Shown here: piece after piece, positions 19,335-26,880 of the stretch | How positions within the stretch are numbered: the stretch's first letter is position 1 | Layout: each line of letters opens with the position of its first letter | Assembly (NCBI GenBank): GCA_964231135.1 | Contig: CAXRIU010000021.1 | Span: 157,427 to 221,426, forward strand | Direction: 5' to 3' | DNA length: 64,000 nucleotides | Origin: Bacteriovoracaceae bacterium | Lineage (GTDB): Bacteria; Bdellovibrionota; Bacteriovoracia; Bacteriovoracales; Bacteriovoracaceae | Notes under the pieces: generated by a model | Database searches by the model: none | Seen by the model: the letters and a program-made list of their open reading frames with translations, nothing else | What the model was told of the DNA's origin: nothing | Translations under genes and position numbers: made by a program

Positions 19335-19362
19335 TAATGTTTTTAGGTTCTTATGCCGATAG
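19335..19362 (+). promoter_or_regulatory. sigma-28-like promoter upstream of the IHF-beta-like gene
   Basis: Plus strand reads TAATGTTT-N12-GCCGATAG (7/8 and 7/8 to the FliA consensus), 38 nt upstream of ATG 19400. Confidence 0.5.
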
Positions 19363-19399
19363 AGAACCAAATAACAAAAACTTATAGCAGGAGAGCAGA

Positions 19400-19705
19400 A
19401 TGACAAAAGCAGATTTAATTGCGGTAATCGAAAAGCAAGCTAACTTAAGTCCGAAACAAGCAGAGAAAGTTGTAAACATCTGTTTTGATAGTATGATCCA
19501 AGCATTGTACGACGATGAAAGAATCGAAATCAGAGGATTTGGATCTTTTGCAAATCGTAACTATAAGGCATACGAAGGACGAAATCCTAAAACCGGAAAA
19601 GTCGTTATCGTCGAACCTAAAAAGGTACCATTTTTTAAAGTAGGTAAAGAGCTGAAAGAAATGGTTGATTTAGGGAAAGACAAATACGTTATTCGCGAAG
19701 CTTAA
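19400..19705 (+). CDS. ihfB: Integration host factor beta-like / HU-family DNA-binding protein
   Basis: ERIEIRGFGSF...GRNPKTGKVV...VPFFKVGKELKE matches the IHF-beta/HU arm region. Confidence 0.8.
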   Translation: MTKADLIAVIEKQANLSPKQAEKVVNICFDSMIQALYDDERIEIRGFGSFANRNYKAYEGRNPKTGKVVIVEPKKVPFFKVGKELKEMVDLGKDKYVIREA

Positions 19706-19727
19706 ATTATCTCCAAATAAATATATC

Positions 19728-19758
19728 GCAGGCAGAGGAAACTCTGTCTGCTCTTTTC
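19728..19758 (+). terminator. Rho-independent terminator after the ihfB-like gene
   Basis: GCAGGCAGAG-GAAA-CTCTGTCTGC forms a 10-bp stem with one G-U, followed by TCTTTTC. Confidence 0.6.
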
Positions 19759-19759
19759 A

Positions 19760-19786
19760 TTGACAAACTCTTGTAATTGCTAGAAT
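19760..19786 (+). promoter_or_regulatory. sigma-70-type promoter for tRNA-Cys
   Basis: TTGACA (19760-19765) and an extended -10 TGcTAGAAT (ending 19786). The 15-bp spacer is short. The mature tRNA 5' end lies 17 nt downstream. Confidence 0.4.
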
Positions 19787-19802
19787 ATAAACATTCTTCG
19801 GT

Positions 19803-19880
19803 GGAGAGGTGCCCGAGTGGTCCAAGGGAACAGTTTGCAAAACTGTAAAGCCGTCGGTTCAAATCCGATCCTCTCCTCCA
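19803..19880 (+). tRNA. tRNA-Cys (anticodon GCA), CCA encoded
   Basis: Hand-folded cloverleaf. Acceptor GGAGAGG/CCTCTCC. Anticodon stem ACAGT/ACTGT with loop TTGCAAA. T arm GTCGG-TTCAAAT-CCGAT. Discriminator U, consistent with Cys identity. Confidence 0.85.
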
Positions 19881-19881
19881 T

Positions 19882-20132
19882 CTTTTTAAAATACTCTCAT
19901 CATTTCATTTTTCTATTCGATTCGCTCGTTGCGGAGTGAAACACCCACGCCTCACTCGCTCACTCATTCAAAATGAAAGCATGAGGGTATTGTAAAAAAG
20001 ATGGTTGGGTGCAGATCGATAGGATTTGAAGGGGAGCCTGCGGAGTGCTAAGGCACTCGAAGCGAGCTGGATGCGAGCGAACAGCAGGCGAGGGAAGGCC
20101 ACGTAAGTGAGCAGGAGCGAACGTTAAGTGGC
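19882..20132. other. GC-rich non-coding insert bracketed by direct repeats of the tRNA-Cys 3' end
   Basis: About 53% G+C by hand count over 19921-20130 in an otherwise AT-rich window. Contains short hairpins (GAGTGC-TAAG-GCACTC) and repeated GCGGAGTG and AGCGAAC words. No credible ORF. Confidence 0.5.
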
Positions 20133-20154
20133 CAAATCCGATCCTCTCCTCCAT
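20133..20154 (+). repeat. 22-bp exact direct repeat of the tRNA-Cys 3' end (att-like)
   Basis: CAAATCCGATCCTCTCCTCCAT at 19860-19881 is repeated exactly at 20133-20154. Confidence 0.9.
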
Positions 20155-20178
20155 TTTTTTATTCCCATCATTGAATTT

Positions 20179-20787
20179 CTATTGAGAGCTAATGACATCA
20201 TTGGTGCGATAGTAGCTTCTTCTCAATGGAATACCGATATACTCGCGAAAAACGTTTTCAAACAATCTGGTGGCCCTGATTTCTTCTGCTTCTATTTTTT
20301 GGCGATTAAAGACCGTAACGAGTTCACCTTCATTTGAAGTAGAATGCATCATAGGATCAATCGCTGGTAAATCAAAGGCTGCGCGACCAAGAGGGGTATG
20401 GCCTATTTCATGGGCAAGTAATGTCCCTAGAGTCGCAACATTAAGGTTCGCTCCATCTGGGAGAGTCATTTCTTGAAGTTTGTTTTGATACCAGGCCCTT
20501 ACATCTTCGGTGTAGTAAATCCAGTTATCTTCATCAGCAGTAAAAGCGTAATAAGGCTCTACTGCAATCAAGCGAAATTTTTTCTTTTGAATCATGCATG
20601 CTTGATGAATCTCGACACCAATAGGACTATCATAAATAAGTTTGAGTTGAGTTCTGACTTTTTTTGGTAGAGCCGTTTCAATATTACCACTGTCTGTTTC
20701 AATAAAATGTTCTAGGCAATTTGATTCGAAGTTTGAATAGTTTGAGATAAACATGAATAGGGTAAGAAACTTCGTAGCCAATATCAT
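20179..20787 (-). CDS. Small secreted HExxH zinc-metallopeptidase-like protein
   Basis: N-terminal hydrophobic signal and LLAHEIGHTPLG. Lies 49 nt downstream of the kinase gene on the same strand. Confidence 0.6.
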   Translation of the reverse strand: MILATKFLTLFMFISNYSNFESNCLEHFIETDSGNIETALPKKVRTQLKLIYDSPIGVEIHQACMIQKKKFRLIAVEPYYAFTADEDNWIYYTEDVRAWYQNKLQEMTLPDGANLNVATLGTLLAHEIGHTPLGRAAFDLPAIDPMMHSTSNEGELVTVFNRQKIEAEEIRATRLFENVFREYIGIPLRRSYYRTNDVISSQ

Positions 20788-20836
20788 GTTCCATGGCTAT
20801 CATTTACAAGCTTTGGAGGAAAAGGAATTGAAAAAA

Positions 20837-22024
20837 TTACATCACAGGTAGAGTGATTTTAAAATTGCTGCCCTGGCCTTCAGTACTTTCCACCTTAATT
20901 TCACCCTTAAGATTTCTTACTAAGCTCGCAACGATAGGAAGTCCAAAGCCAGTTCCCGGCTCATTCTCAGTCCCTTTACGGCTAAGGTTCTTTCTATTGT
21001 TGAAAAGCTGTTTTTGCATTTCTGAAGGGATGCCAATACCTTGGTCTTTAACTTGTAATTGAAGGTTTTCGTCTTTGATTGATATCTTGATTTTAATTTG
21101 TTTATTTCTTGGGGTGAATTTAATGGCGTTGTTTACCAGATTTAAAAGGATGTTATTTTTTAATATTGTCGGATCTGTCTTGAAGGTAAAATCTTCTGCA
21201 AGGTTTGAGTCTATAGTAATTGAAAGTTCTTTGTTAGAGAGGGGTTCTTCAACTATTTCTAGTAGTTCTTCAATTAATTCTTTGATATTGACTTCGCTTA
21301 TATTCAGTTCAAATTCATTATAGCTAGAGACTCTCAATTTTTTCACATCATAAACGATCTCTTCAATTGTTTTCAAATGTTTTTCTACTTTGTCCAAATG
21401 CTTTCGTCTTTGAACAAAACTTCTTGAAACCATCAGCGGGGTCGCAATATCATGGATGACAGTTCTAAGAAGATTATCAATCTGATCATTTTTTTCTATG
21501 ATTTCTTTTTCATGACTTTCAATCGTGCGAGTATAATTCTTTATCAGTCCAGAGCAGGCGAGAATAAACACAATTGTGTTGGCAATTTTTTGTTGCTCGT
21601 AATTCATAATAATATTTGCTGATGGAGGATAGTATTGTTCGGCCAGGACAAGTAGGAGGTACAGAAATAAACTTCCAATGGTTGCCGACTTTATATAGTT
21701 CGAATTAAATATGGAGCTTATACCAATAGGAATGAGTGCGAGGGCAAATGGTGCAGGAGCTTTAGTGCATCCAGCAGCATATATTAAAACCCACCCCATA
21801 ACTACAATAGAGTAGAAAATTAGGCTTGCTTGAGTTTTGTAACGAAGCTCTCTTAACGACCAAACAATTGCTACGAAATTAAAAAAGAGCGCCTGTATTA
21901 TCGCCCAGTGGTATTGAAAAGTTTTATGCACAAACGTAAATGAAATGAGATAGTACAACTCAATAGCACCGAATCCGATGGATAACCAAATAAGTTTGCT
22001 ATGAAGTTTTCTATCAATTTGCAT
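20837..22024 (-). CDS. Membrane sensor histidine kinase
   Basis: About 6 N-terminal TM helices. H-box VIHDIATPL, N-box LVNNAIKFTP, G-boxes DQGIGIP and GTGFGLPIV. Confidence 0.9.
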   Translation of the reverse strand: MQIDRKLHSKLIWLSIGFGAIELYYLISFTFVHKTFQYHWAIIQALFFNFVAIVWSLRELRYKTQASLIFYSIVVMGWVLIYAAGCTKAPAPFALALIPIGISSIFNSNYIKSATIGSLFLYLLLVLAEQYYPPSANIIMNYEQQKIANTIVFILACSGLIKNYTRTIESHEKEIIEKNDQIDNLLRTVIHDIATPLMVSRSFVQRRKHLDKVEKHLKTIEEIVYDVKKLRVSSYNEFELNISEVNIKELIEELLEIVEEPLSNKELSITIDSNLAEDFTFKTDPTILKNNILLNLVNNAIKFTPRNKQIKIKISIKDENLQLQVKDQGIGIPSEMQKQLFNNRKNLSRKGTENEPGTGFGLPIVASLVRNLKGEIKVESTEGQGSNFKITLPVM

Positions 22025-22044
22025 ACCGAAGTTATCGGACGATT

Positions 22045-23361
22045 TTAAGATTTATTCAAAAGGTTTTTAATCGCACTTTGGCATTTTTTAAAGGTTTTAT
22101 CTTGAAAAAAATCATCATATTGATCAACTATTTCACCGACATGCCCCGGTGATTCAGGTTGTTCAATCGCCAATGAGGTGGCCAGAATTTGGGAAAAGAT
22201 AAACAGCGATGGTAGGAAGGGGAGTGAAGACGCATAACTTCCCCTTGGGAAACCCGATCCGTCTGGTCTTTCATGATGAGAACGGATGATCGCAACCACA
22301 TCACTATAGTCTCCATCCAGTTTTGAAACCAGCAAAGCCGCATTTTCTGGATGCTTTAGTATTTTACTTTTTGTCGCAGGAGCTAGGTGTTCCATATCCG
22401 TTTTGGTGTAGATCAATTTTTCTTCATCTGTGTCGAGAAAAATATCGCAAAAAATCGCTGCCATAACTAGTTTGGGTAAATTTTGCACTGGACTCATTTC
22501 AAGCATTTCTAGAACACTGGCTGCAATATAGGTGGTGAGAAGATTTCTTGTTGCGATATGACCATCGACATTTGCTTTATAGATAAGAAACTCTGCCATT
22601 TTATTATTTGATGACAATTTTGTGATCACATTATCGGTAATAGAATCAACCAATTTGAAAATTTTCTCAGAAATACCGAGTTTGTCCGCAATCTCTCTGG
22701 CGTCAGCAATTAATTCGACTGACATTTTTATTTGGTTTTCTAATGTGATGGATTTATTTTCAATAAAAGAAAGAACTTTGTTAAAGAAGTATTTTTGAAT
22801 TTCAAAAAAATCTTCACCACTGACGTAGAGCCTGCCACTTTCTTTGACTTTCTCGTCCAGCTCTAATTCAGCTTCTCGATTTTTCAAAAGTACTAGGCGG
22901 CCAGCGACTTGTAAGTAGACCTCGATATCTGCTCCTCTATATTTTGTCAGCTGTTCAGCGCTAATTCTATGAAAATCATCATATTGCCTTTCAATTAGTA
23001 TTTTCGAGGCTGCACTATATTGAAACTTCATTTGATCAAAGGGCTTTATTAGGTAATCTACTTCATTGTTTTTAAGCTTTCTCACAAGGTCTACCCAGCG
23101 CTTAGTATCTTTAAGAACCCATGTGGTAGGAATCGTTTTGGCAGTTGATTGTTGATCCATAAAAAGGTCTTCAAGATCCATATCAATAAAACGATCATCG
23201 ACCATCATGTAGGATATGTCTTCATTCTGACGGTAATAGCTTGCCAGGTCTTTAGCCGATTTAAGCTTTATTAGATTAAGACTTGTAGGAGTCCTGCAAG
23301 TAATGAGAAGCTCCATATAATCGAGCATTGAATTTTCGTTAGATGCAATTACAACTTTCAT
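22045..23361 (-). CDS. HD-GYP domain protein (putative c-di-GMP phosphodiesterase) with a degenerate receiver-like N-terminus
   Basis: C-terminal ILKHPENAA...IIRSHHERPDGSGFPRG (HD...HHExxDGxGYP pattern). The N-terminal MKVVIASNE... is receiver-like. Confidence 0.8.
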   Translation of the reverse strand: MKVVIASNENSMLDYMELLITCRTPTSLNLIKLKSAKDLASYYRQNEDISYMMVDDRFIDMDLEDLFMDQQSTAKTIPTTWVLKDTKRWVDLVRKLKNNEVDYLIKPFDQMKFQYSAASKILIERQYDDFHRISAEQLTKYRGADIEVYLQVAGRLVLLKNREAELELDEKVKESGRLYVSGEDFFEIQKYFFNKVLSFIENKSITLENQIKMSVELIADAREIADKLGISEKIFKLVDSITDNVITKLSSNNKMAEFLIYKANVDGHIATRNLLTTYIAASVLEMLEMSPVQNLPKLVMAAIFCDIFLDTDEEKLIYTKTDMEHLAPATKSKILKHPENAALLVSKLDGDYSDVVAIIRSHHERPDGSGFPRGSYASSLPFLPSLFIFSQILATSLAIEQPESPGHVGEIVDQYDDFFQDKTFKKCQSAIKNLLNKS

Positions 23362-23421
23362 ATATTACCTATTTTATTCCCATTAGAATAATGTAGGAGT
23401 CGTTAGATATCAATATTATTC

Positions 23422-23448
23422 TTATCGGAATTTAAATTGAGCTCTTTA
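23422..23448 (-). promoter_or_regulatory. sigma-28-like promoter for the HD-GYP/kinase/HExxH operon
   Basis: Minus strand reads TAAAGAGC-N11-TCCGATAA, about 60 nt upstream of ATG 23361. Confidence 0.45.
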
Positions 23449-23480
23449 GGAGTTTCTTGAAATAATCAAGGTGAAGTTTT

Positions 23481-24209
23481 ATGATAAAAACTTATCGGGA
23501 GAAAGCTTTGTTAAATAAAATTTTTTTGCACTTTGGACCTGGCGCAAATGCCAGTATTGAGAAAGAGTTTTTAGCTGACCCAACAACTCATTATTGGAAC
23601 CAGCCAAAAGTGAGTTCACCTAATTATATTGAAGACTTACTTCGAGATACTTCGGAAGAGATTAAAAAGCTTGCTAGTGATTCCAAAGGAAAAGTTGAGA
23701 TTATTGCTCATTCTTTCGGTGTTTTTTTAGCACAAAATTTAGATGAAAAAACTAGAAGCTTGGTTTCAAAGGCAGTCTATCTTGCACCAACTTTTGATTT
23801 TAGACGCTCGATAACTAATATGATGAGTTTTGTGGCGAATGATTCTTCAATAAAAAACATTAATAGCTTTGAGGAATTTTTAAGTGCGTTCGTGTCTTTT
23901 AGCACTAATCATCCAGATTATTTTAAATATTATTTTCACCAAGAAGAGAACTTTCAAAAATATATTAAGCTTGCCCAAAAATATGAATCGACTCATGAAG
24001 CTAGTCTCATGGCAGGAATCAAAGAATTGATTAATACCTACGCCAATCAAGCAATTTCACCTAAGTATGATAACACCAAGGTTATCCTTGGCAAATATGA
24101 CCCGCTAGTTCCAAAAGCTGATCAAGATTTGATATCGAGTGTATTTGAGCATACTGAGATCGTTGATGCTGGTCATTTTCCCCATTTAGAAAAACGAATT
24201 ATTTTTTAG
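23481..24209 (+). CDS. Alpha/beta-fold hydrolase
   Basis: Nucleophile elbow IIAHSFGVFLA and C-terminal DAGHFPHLE (catalytic His region). Confidence 0.7.
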   Translation: MIKTYREKALLNKIFLHFGPGANASIEKEFLADPTTHYWNQPKVSSPNYIEDLLRDTSEEIKKLASDSKGKVEIIAHSFGVFLAQNLDEKTRSLVSKAVYLAPTFDFRRSITNMMSFVANDSSIKNINSFEEFLSAFVSFSTNHPDYFKYYFHQEENFQKYIKLAQKYESTHEASLMAGIKELINTYANQAISPKYDNTKVILGKYDPLVPKADQDLISSVFEHTEIVDAGHFPHLEKRIIF

Positions 24210-25032
24210 CATTAATTATCTTCGTTTCTAATGTCGTAAAATCAATCTTTAAGTACTCTGGCATAACTGGAGTAGGAGTTATCGGGGTTCCCAAAATTTT
24301 TGAGCCCAAGATATCACAAAGAATTCTTGTTACTACAATTGAGTGTCCCACTAAGCAAGATGGACCGAAGATAGGCACACCATCATTCAGGCATTCAGAT
24401 CTAAAGTCCTCCATATTTTTATCTTGAAGATAAGTAGGAGATTCATGAATAAAACTTTTTACCATCTCATCAAACTTTTCTTCAGGAGTCATACTTTCTT
24501 TTAAAGAGAGAAAGTCTTCAAACCTGTATTCATTTCCGTCAAATTTATAAAAATGAATTCCAAGGCCAATGACATAAGCACTATATACGGGAAGTTCATA
24601 TCTTCTAGCAGATTGATGAAGAAGATAATGTGCTTGAATAGGAAAGACATCAATCTCATCGACAATAACGTCGCAACCCGAGACGAATTGATCGACATTC
24701 TCTTCTGTAATTCCGTCATCATAAACGCTTAAGTTTAAGTCTGGAGAGATTTGTAGTAACTCCCTTTTACTGGCAGCAGCTTTTTTCATTCCAACTGAAT
24801 TTAGGTTGGCGATTACCTGACGATTTATATTTGAAGTTTCAATTATATCGGGGTCAGCGATCCTTATATTTTGAACCCCAAGTCTTACTAGGTATTCAGC
24901 AATATTCGATCCCATCCCACCTAGGCCTGCAATTCCTACAGTTAGATTTTTAATATTTAGCTGACCTTCGTCTTTAAGGAAGAAATGGTTTCGCTTGGTT
25001 CTTTTCTGATAAAGATTGTCAGATTCCGACAT
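24199..25032 (-). CDS. ThiF/MoeB/HesA-family (E1-like) adenylyltransferase, non-canonical
   Basis: Rossmann GIAGLGGMGSNIAEYL and IADPDIIETSNINRQ. No C-terminal CxxC zinc motifs and no rhodanese domain. No ThiS/MoaD-like gene nearby. Confidence 0.75.
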   Translation of the reverse strand: MSESDNLYQKRTKRNHFFLKDEGQLNIKNLTVGIAGLGGMGSNIAEYLVRLGVQNIRIADPDIIETSNINRQVIANLNSVGMKKAAASKRELLQISPDLNLSVYDDGITEENVDQFVSGCDVIVDEIDVFPIQAHYLLHQSARRYELPVYSAYVIGLGIHFYKFDGNEYRFEDFLSLKESMTPEEKFDEMVKSFIHESPTYLQDKNMEDFRSECLNDGVPIFGPSCLVGHSIVVTRILCDILGSKILGTPITPTPVMPEYLKIDFTTLETKIINAKK

Positions 25033-25088
25033 AAAAACTCCTAAGTTGTAAAGAGTTTACGGCAAAAAACACAAAAGATTTAGGAAAT

Positions 25089-25104
25089 TCTTATTGGAAT
25101 AAGA
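25089..25104. promoter_or_regulatory. Palindromic operator candidate in the divergent ThiF-like / XRE intergenic region
   Basis: TCTTATT-GG-AATAAGA, perfect 7-bp arms. It contains ATTGGAAT, whose complement ATTCCAA recurs upstream of the LuxI-fold-like gene. Confidence 0.4.
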
Positions 25105-25142
25105 CACTGGACATTCTGAGTATTATTGATTAATATATAGGG

Positions 25143-25937
25143 ATGGGAACAAGTGGAAAAGAATTAAGAGAAAAAACAGCACGTATCTTTAGGGCCGGAA
25201 GAAAGCTCTATGGAATTAACCAGGTTGAGATGGCCAAAACCTTAGGTATAACACAGGGAACGGTCTCAAAGCTTGAAACAGCAGTATTAGCGCCAGACGC
25301 TGGTGTTTGGTACCAATTTTGTAAGCACCTAAATTTAAATGCAGACCTAACTTTCAGCTCAGGTTTTATCTTTGATCCAGATCTTGGAAAAGTTCAAAAG
25401 GACAAATTCAAACTAGGGAAGAAGAAGTCTGGATCTAAAAACAAGATTAAGGTGAGAAACTGTCTGCCTTTTATTGATACAATCTACAGTTTAGAGGGTT
25501 CTGAAGGTCTGGCCAAACATCTCAAGCTAATTAATATCGATGCAGACGTATTTGCGGTACCTGATTACGATGTTCCAGTTGAAGTTTTATCGGAGGTATT
25601 TAATTATCTTGGTGGCCTTCAAACTGAAGCAAAAAGTCTTAAAGCTGTAACTGAGAGTTACTTAAAGTATCAAGATATCCTTTATTCGGGTGATATTGAA
25701 TCAATTGAGATGCTAACAAGCCTCTTTAGAAGTCAGTTGGTAAATGTCAGTCACGAAGCTGGGTGTGTAAATATCACTGTTGACCTTGAAGATAATGCTA
25801 AAATCAATCAAAATTTCCTAGCAGGGTATATAAAGTACCAATCGCAGTTAATTAAGGAAATAGCTTCAAAGGTTTTAAAGATCGACGGGATGACATTGGA
25901 TAAAGTAGATTTGTTTCAGTACTCTCTTCGCTATTAG
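25143..25937 (+). CDS. XRE-family HTH regulator with an uncharacterised ~190-aa C-terminal domain
   Basis: GINQVEMAKTLGITQGTVSKLE (HTH_XRE). The C-terminal domain is unrecognised. Confidence 0.75.
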   Translation: MGTSGKELREKTARIFRAGRKLYGINQVEMAKTLGITQGTVSKLETAVLAPDAGVWYQFCKHLNLNADLTFSSGFIFDPDLGKVQKDKFKLGKKKSGSKNKIKVRNCLPFIDTIYSLEGSEGLAKHLKLINIDADVFAVPDYDVPVEVLSEVFNYLGGLQTEAKSLKAVTESYLKYQDILYSGDIESIEMLTSLFRSQLVNVSHEAGCVNITVDLEDNAKINQNFLAGYIKYQSQLIKEIASKVLKIDGMTLDKVDLFQYSLRY

Positions 25938-25939
25938 GT

Positions 25940-26785
25940 ATGACATTAGATTTACAGTTTTGGCAGAGTATTGATCGAATTAGATCGAGTCTGTTCATAG
26001 ATGATCACGAGCTTTGTGATCTTCTAGACTTGAGCTCTCAGAAAATACAGGCCTTCGAGAAAGTTCAAAAAATTCCGGATTTAGGGAATGTGTCAAATTT
26101 ATGTGATCGCTTAGGGATCACTCTTGATGACGTGTTTGAAAATAGCTTTGATGATAAAGTGTTGAAGGCCAAGTTTTTAGGAAATAAGCTAGAACTTCCT
26201 AAAAAATACGACTTTGCTAAATTTAGTAAAACTAGAACTATTATAAATATCCTTGATCATTTGAAATCATATTACGGACCTGGGTTTGTAACCAGTCTCC
26301 TGAAATCAATGCAGATAGACCCGCGTTTTTTTGATTCGCCTGATAATGAAACTAATATTTTTGTGATAAGTGATCTCTGTCAAAAACTGAAAGAGTTAGG
26401 ACTGCGTGATGAGGACTTTATAAATTTTGGAAGAAGTTCTTACAAGGTGTATCGAAATTCGAGTTTTGGAGAAATTTTAAAATCTCACTCTGACCCAGCC
26501 GAGATGCTGGATGATCTTTGTTCAAATTATAGTTCGCTCTTTGACAAAAATTTCGACTATAAGGTCACAAGAGCAAATGTTAAAGAAATTCTAATAGATG
26601 TAAAACCCAGTGAGCAGGCCAAAGACCTTCTTGGTACTAATTATCTTACAAATTCAGAAGCTTGCCTTACAAAACTTGGCGTATTTGAAACCTTTCCACT
26701 TTATATTGGAGTCGATGCAAAAGCTGAAAAGTCCAAATGCATCTACCAAGGGGACGATACAACGGAATATAGAATTAGTATTTAA
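25940..26785 (+). CDS. Second XRE-like (degenerate HTH) protein with a similar C-terminal domain organisation
   Basis: N-terminal LFIDDHELCDLLDLSSQKIQAFEK...LCDRLGITLDDVF. Starts 2 nt after the previous stop. The C-terminal pattern loosely parallels the upstream protein (ID..F..PD segment). Confidence 0.65.
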   Translation: MTLDLQFWQSIDRIRSSLFIDDHELCDLLDLSSQKIQAFEKVQKIPDLGNVSNLCDRLGITLDDVFENSFDDKVLKAKFLGNKLELPKKYDFAKFSKTRTIINILDHLKSYYGPGFVTSLLKSMQIDPRFFDSPDNETNIFVISDLCQKLKELGLRDEDFINFGRSSYKVYRNSSFGEILKSHSDPAEMLDDLCSNYSSLFDKNFDYKVTRANVKEILIDVKPSEQAKDLLGTNYLTNSEACLTKLGVFETFPLYIGVDAKAEKSKCIYQGDDTTEYRISI

Positions 26786-26880
26786 GCTCCAGAATTTATT
26801 CCAAATTGAAAATAAAATGAAATAATCCTAAATTCCAATTCGAATACACCGAGGAGATTTAGTGTTCGAAGGAGGAGTTT

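Noticed and set aside
19882-20154. Whether the GC-rich insert plus tRNA-like 3' end could be tmRNA (ssrA), SRP/4.5S RNA, or a second tRNA.
   Set aside because: There is no 5' GGAGAGG partner for the repeated acceptor 3' half, and the T-stem 5' half is missing. The discriminator and acceptor are Cys-type, not the Ala-type of tmRNA, and there is no tag ORF. The GGAA-containing stretch does not form the symmetric SRP helix-8 hairpin. It remains an unexplained insert rather than a named RNA.
19960-20337. ORFs 19960-20154(-) and 20128-20337(+) in or next to the GC-rich insert after tRNA-Cys.
   Set aside because: No Shine-Dalgarno. The first is Pro/Ala/Arg-rich as expected from reading GC-rich non-coding DNA. 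The second is antisense to the HExxH protein gene.
25091-25114. A 7-codon ORF (MSSVLFQ, minus strand) just upstream of the ThiF-like gene, reminiscent of the mccA heptapeptide upstream of mccB in microcin C operons.
   Set aside because: The peptide ends in Gln, not the Asn required for MccB chemistry. There is no Shine-Dalgarno and no mccC/D/E-like genes. The ThiF-like protein lacks the MccB N-terminal peptide-clamp extension, and the ORF coincides with the palindromic operator candidate.
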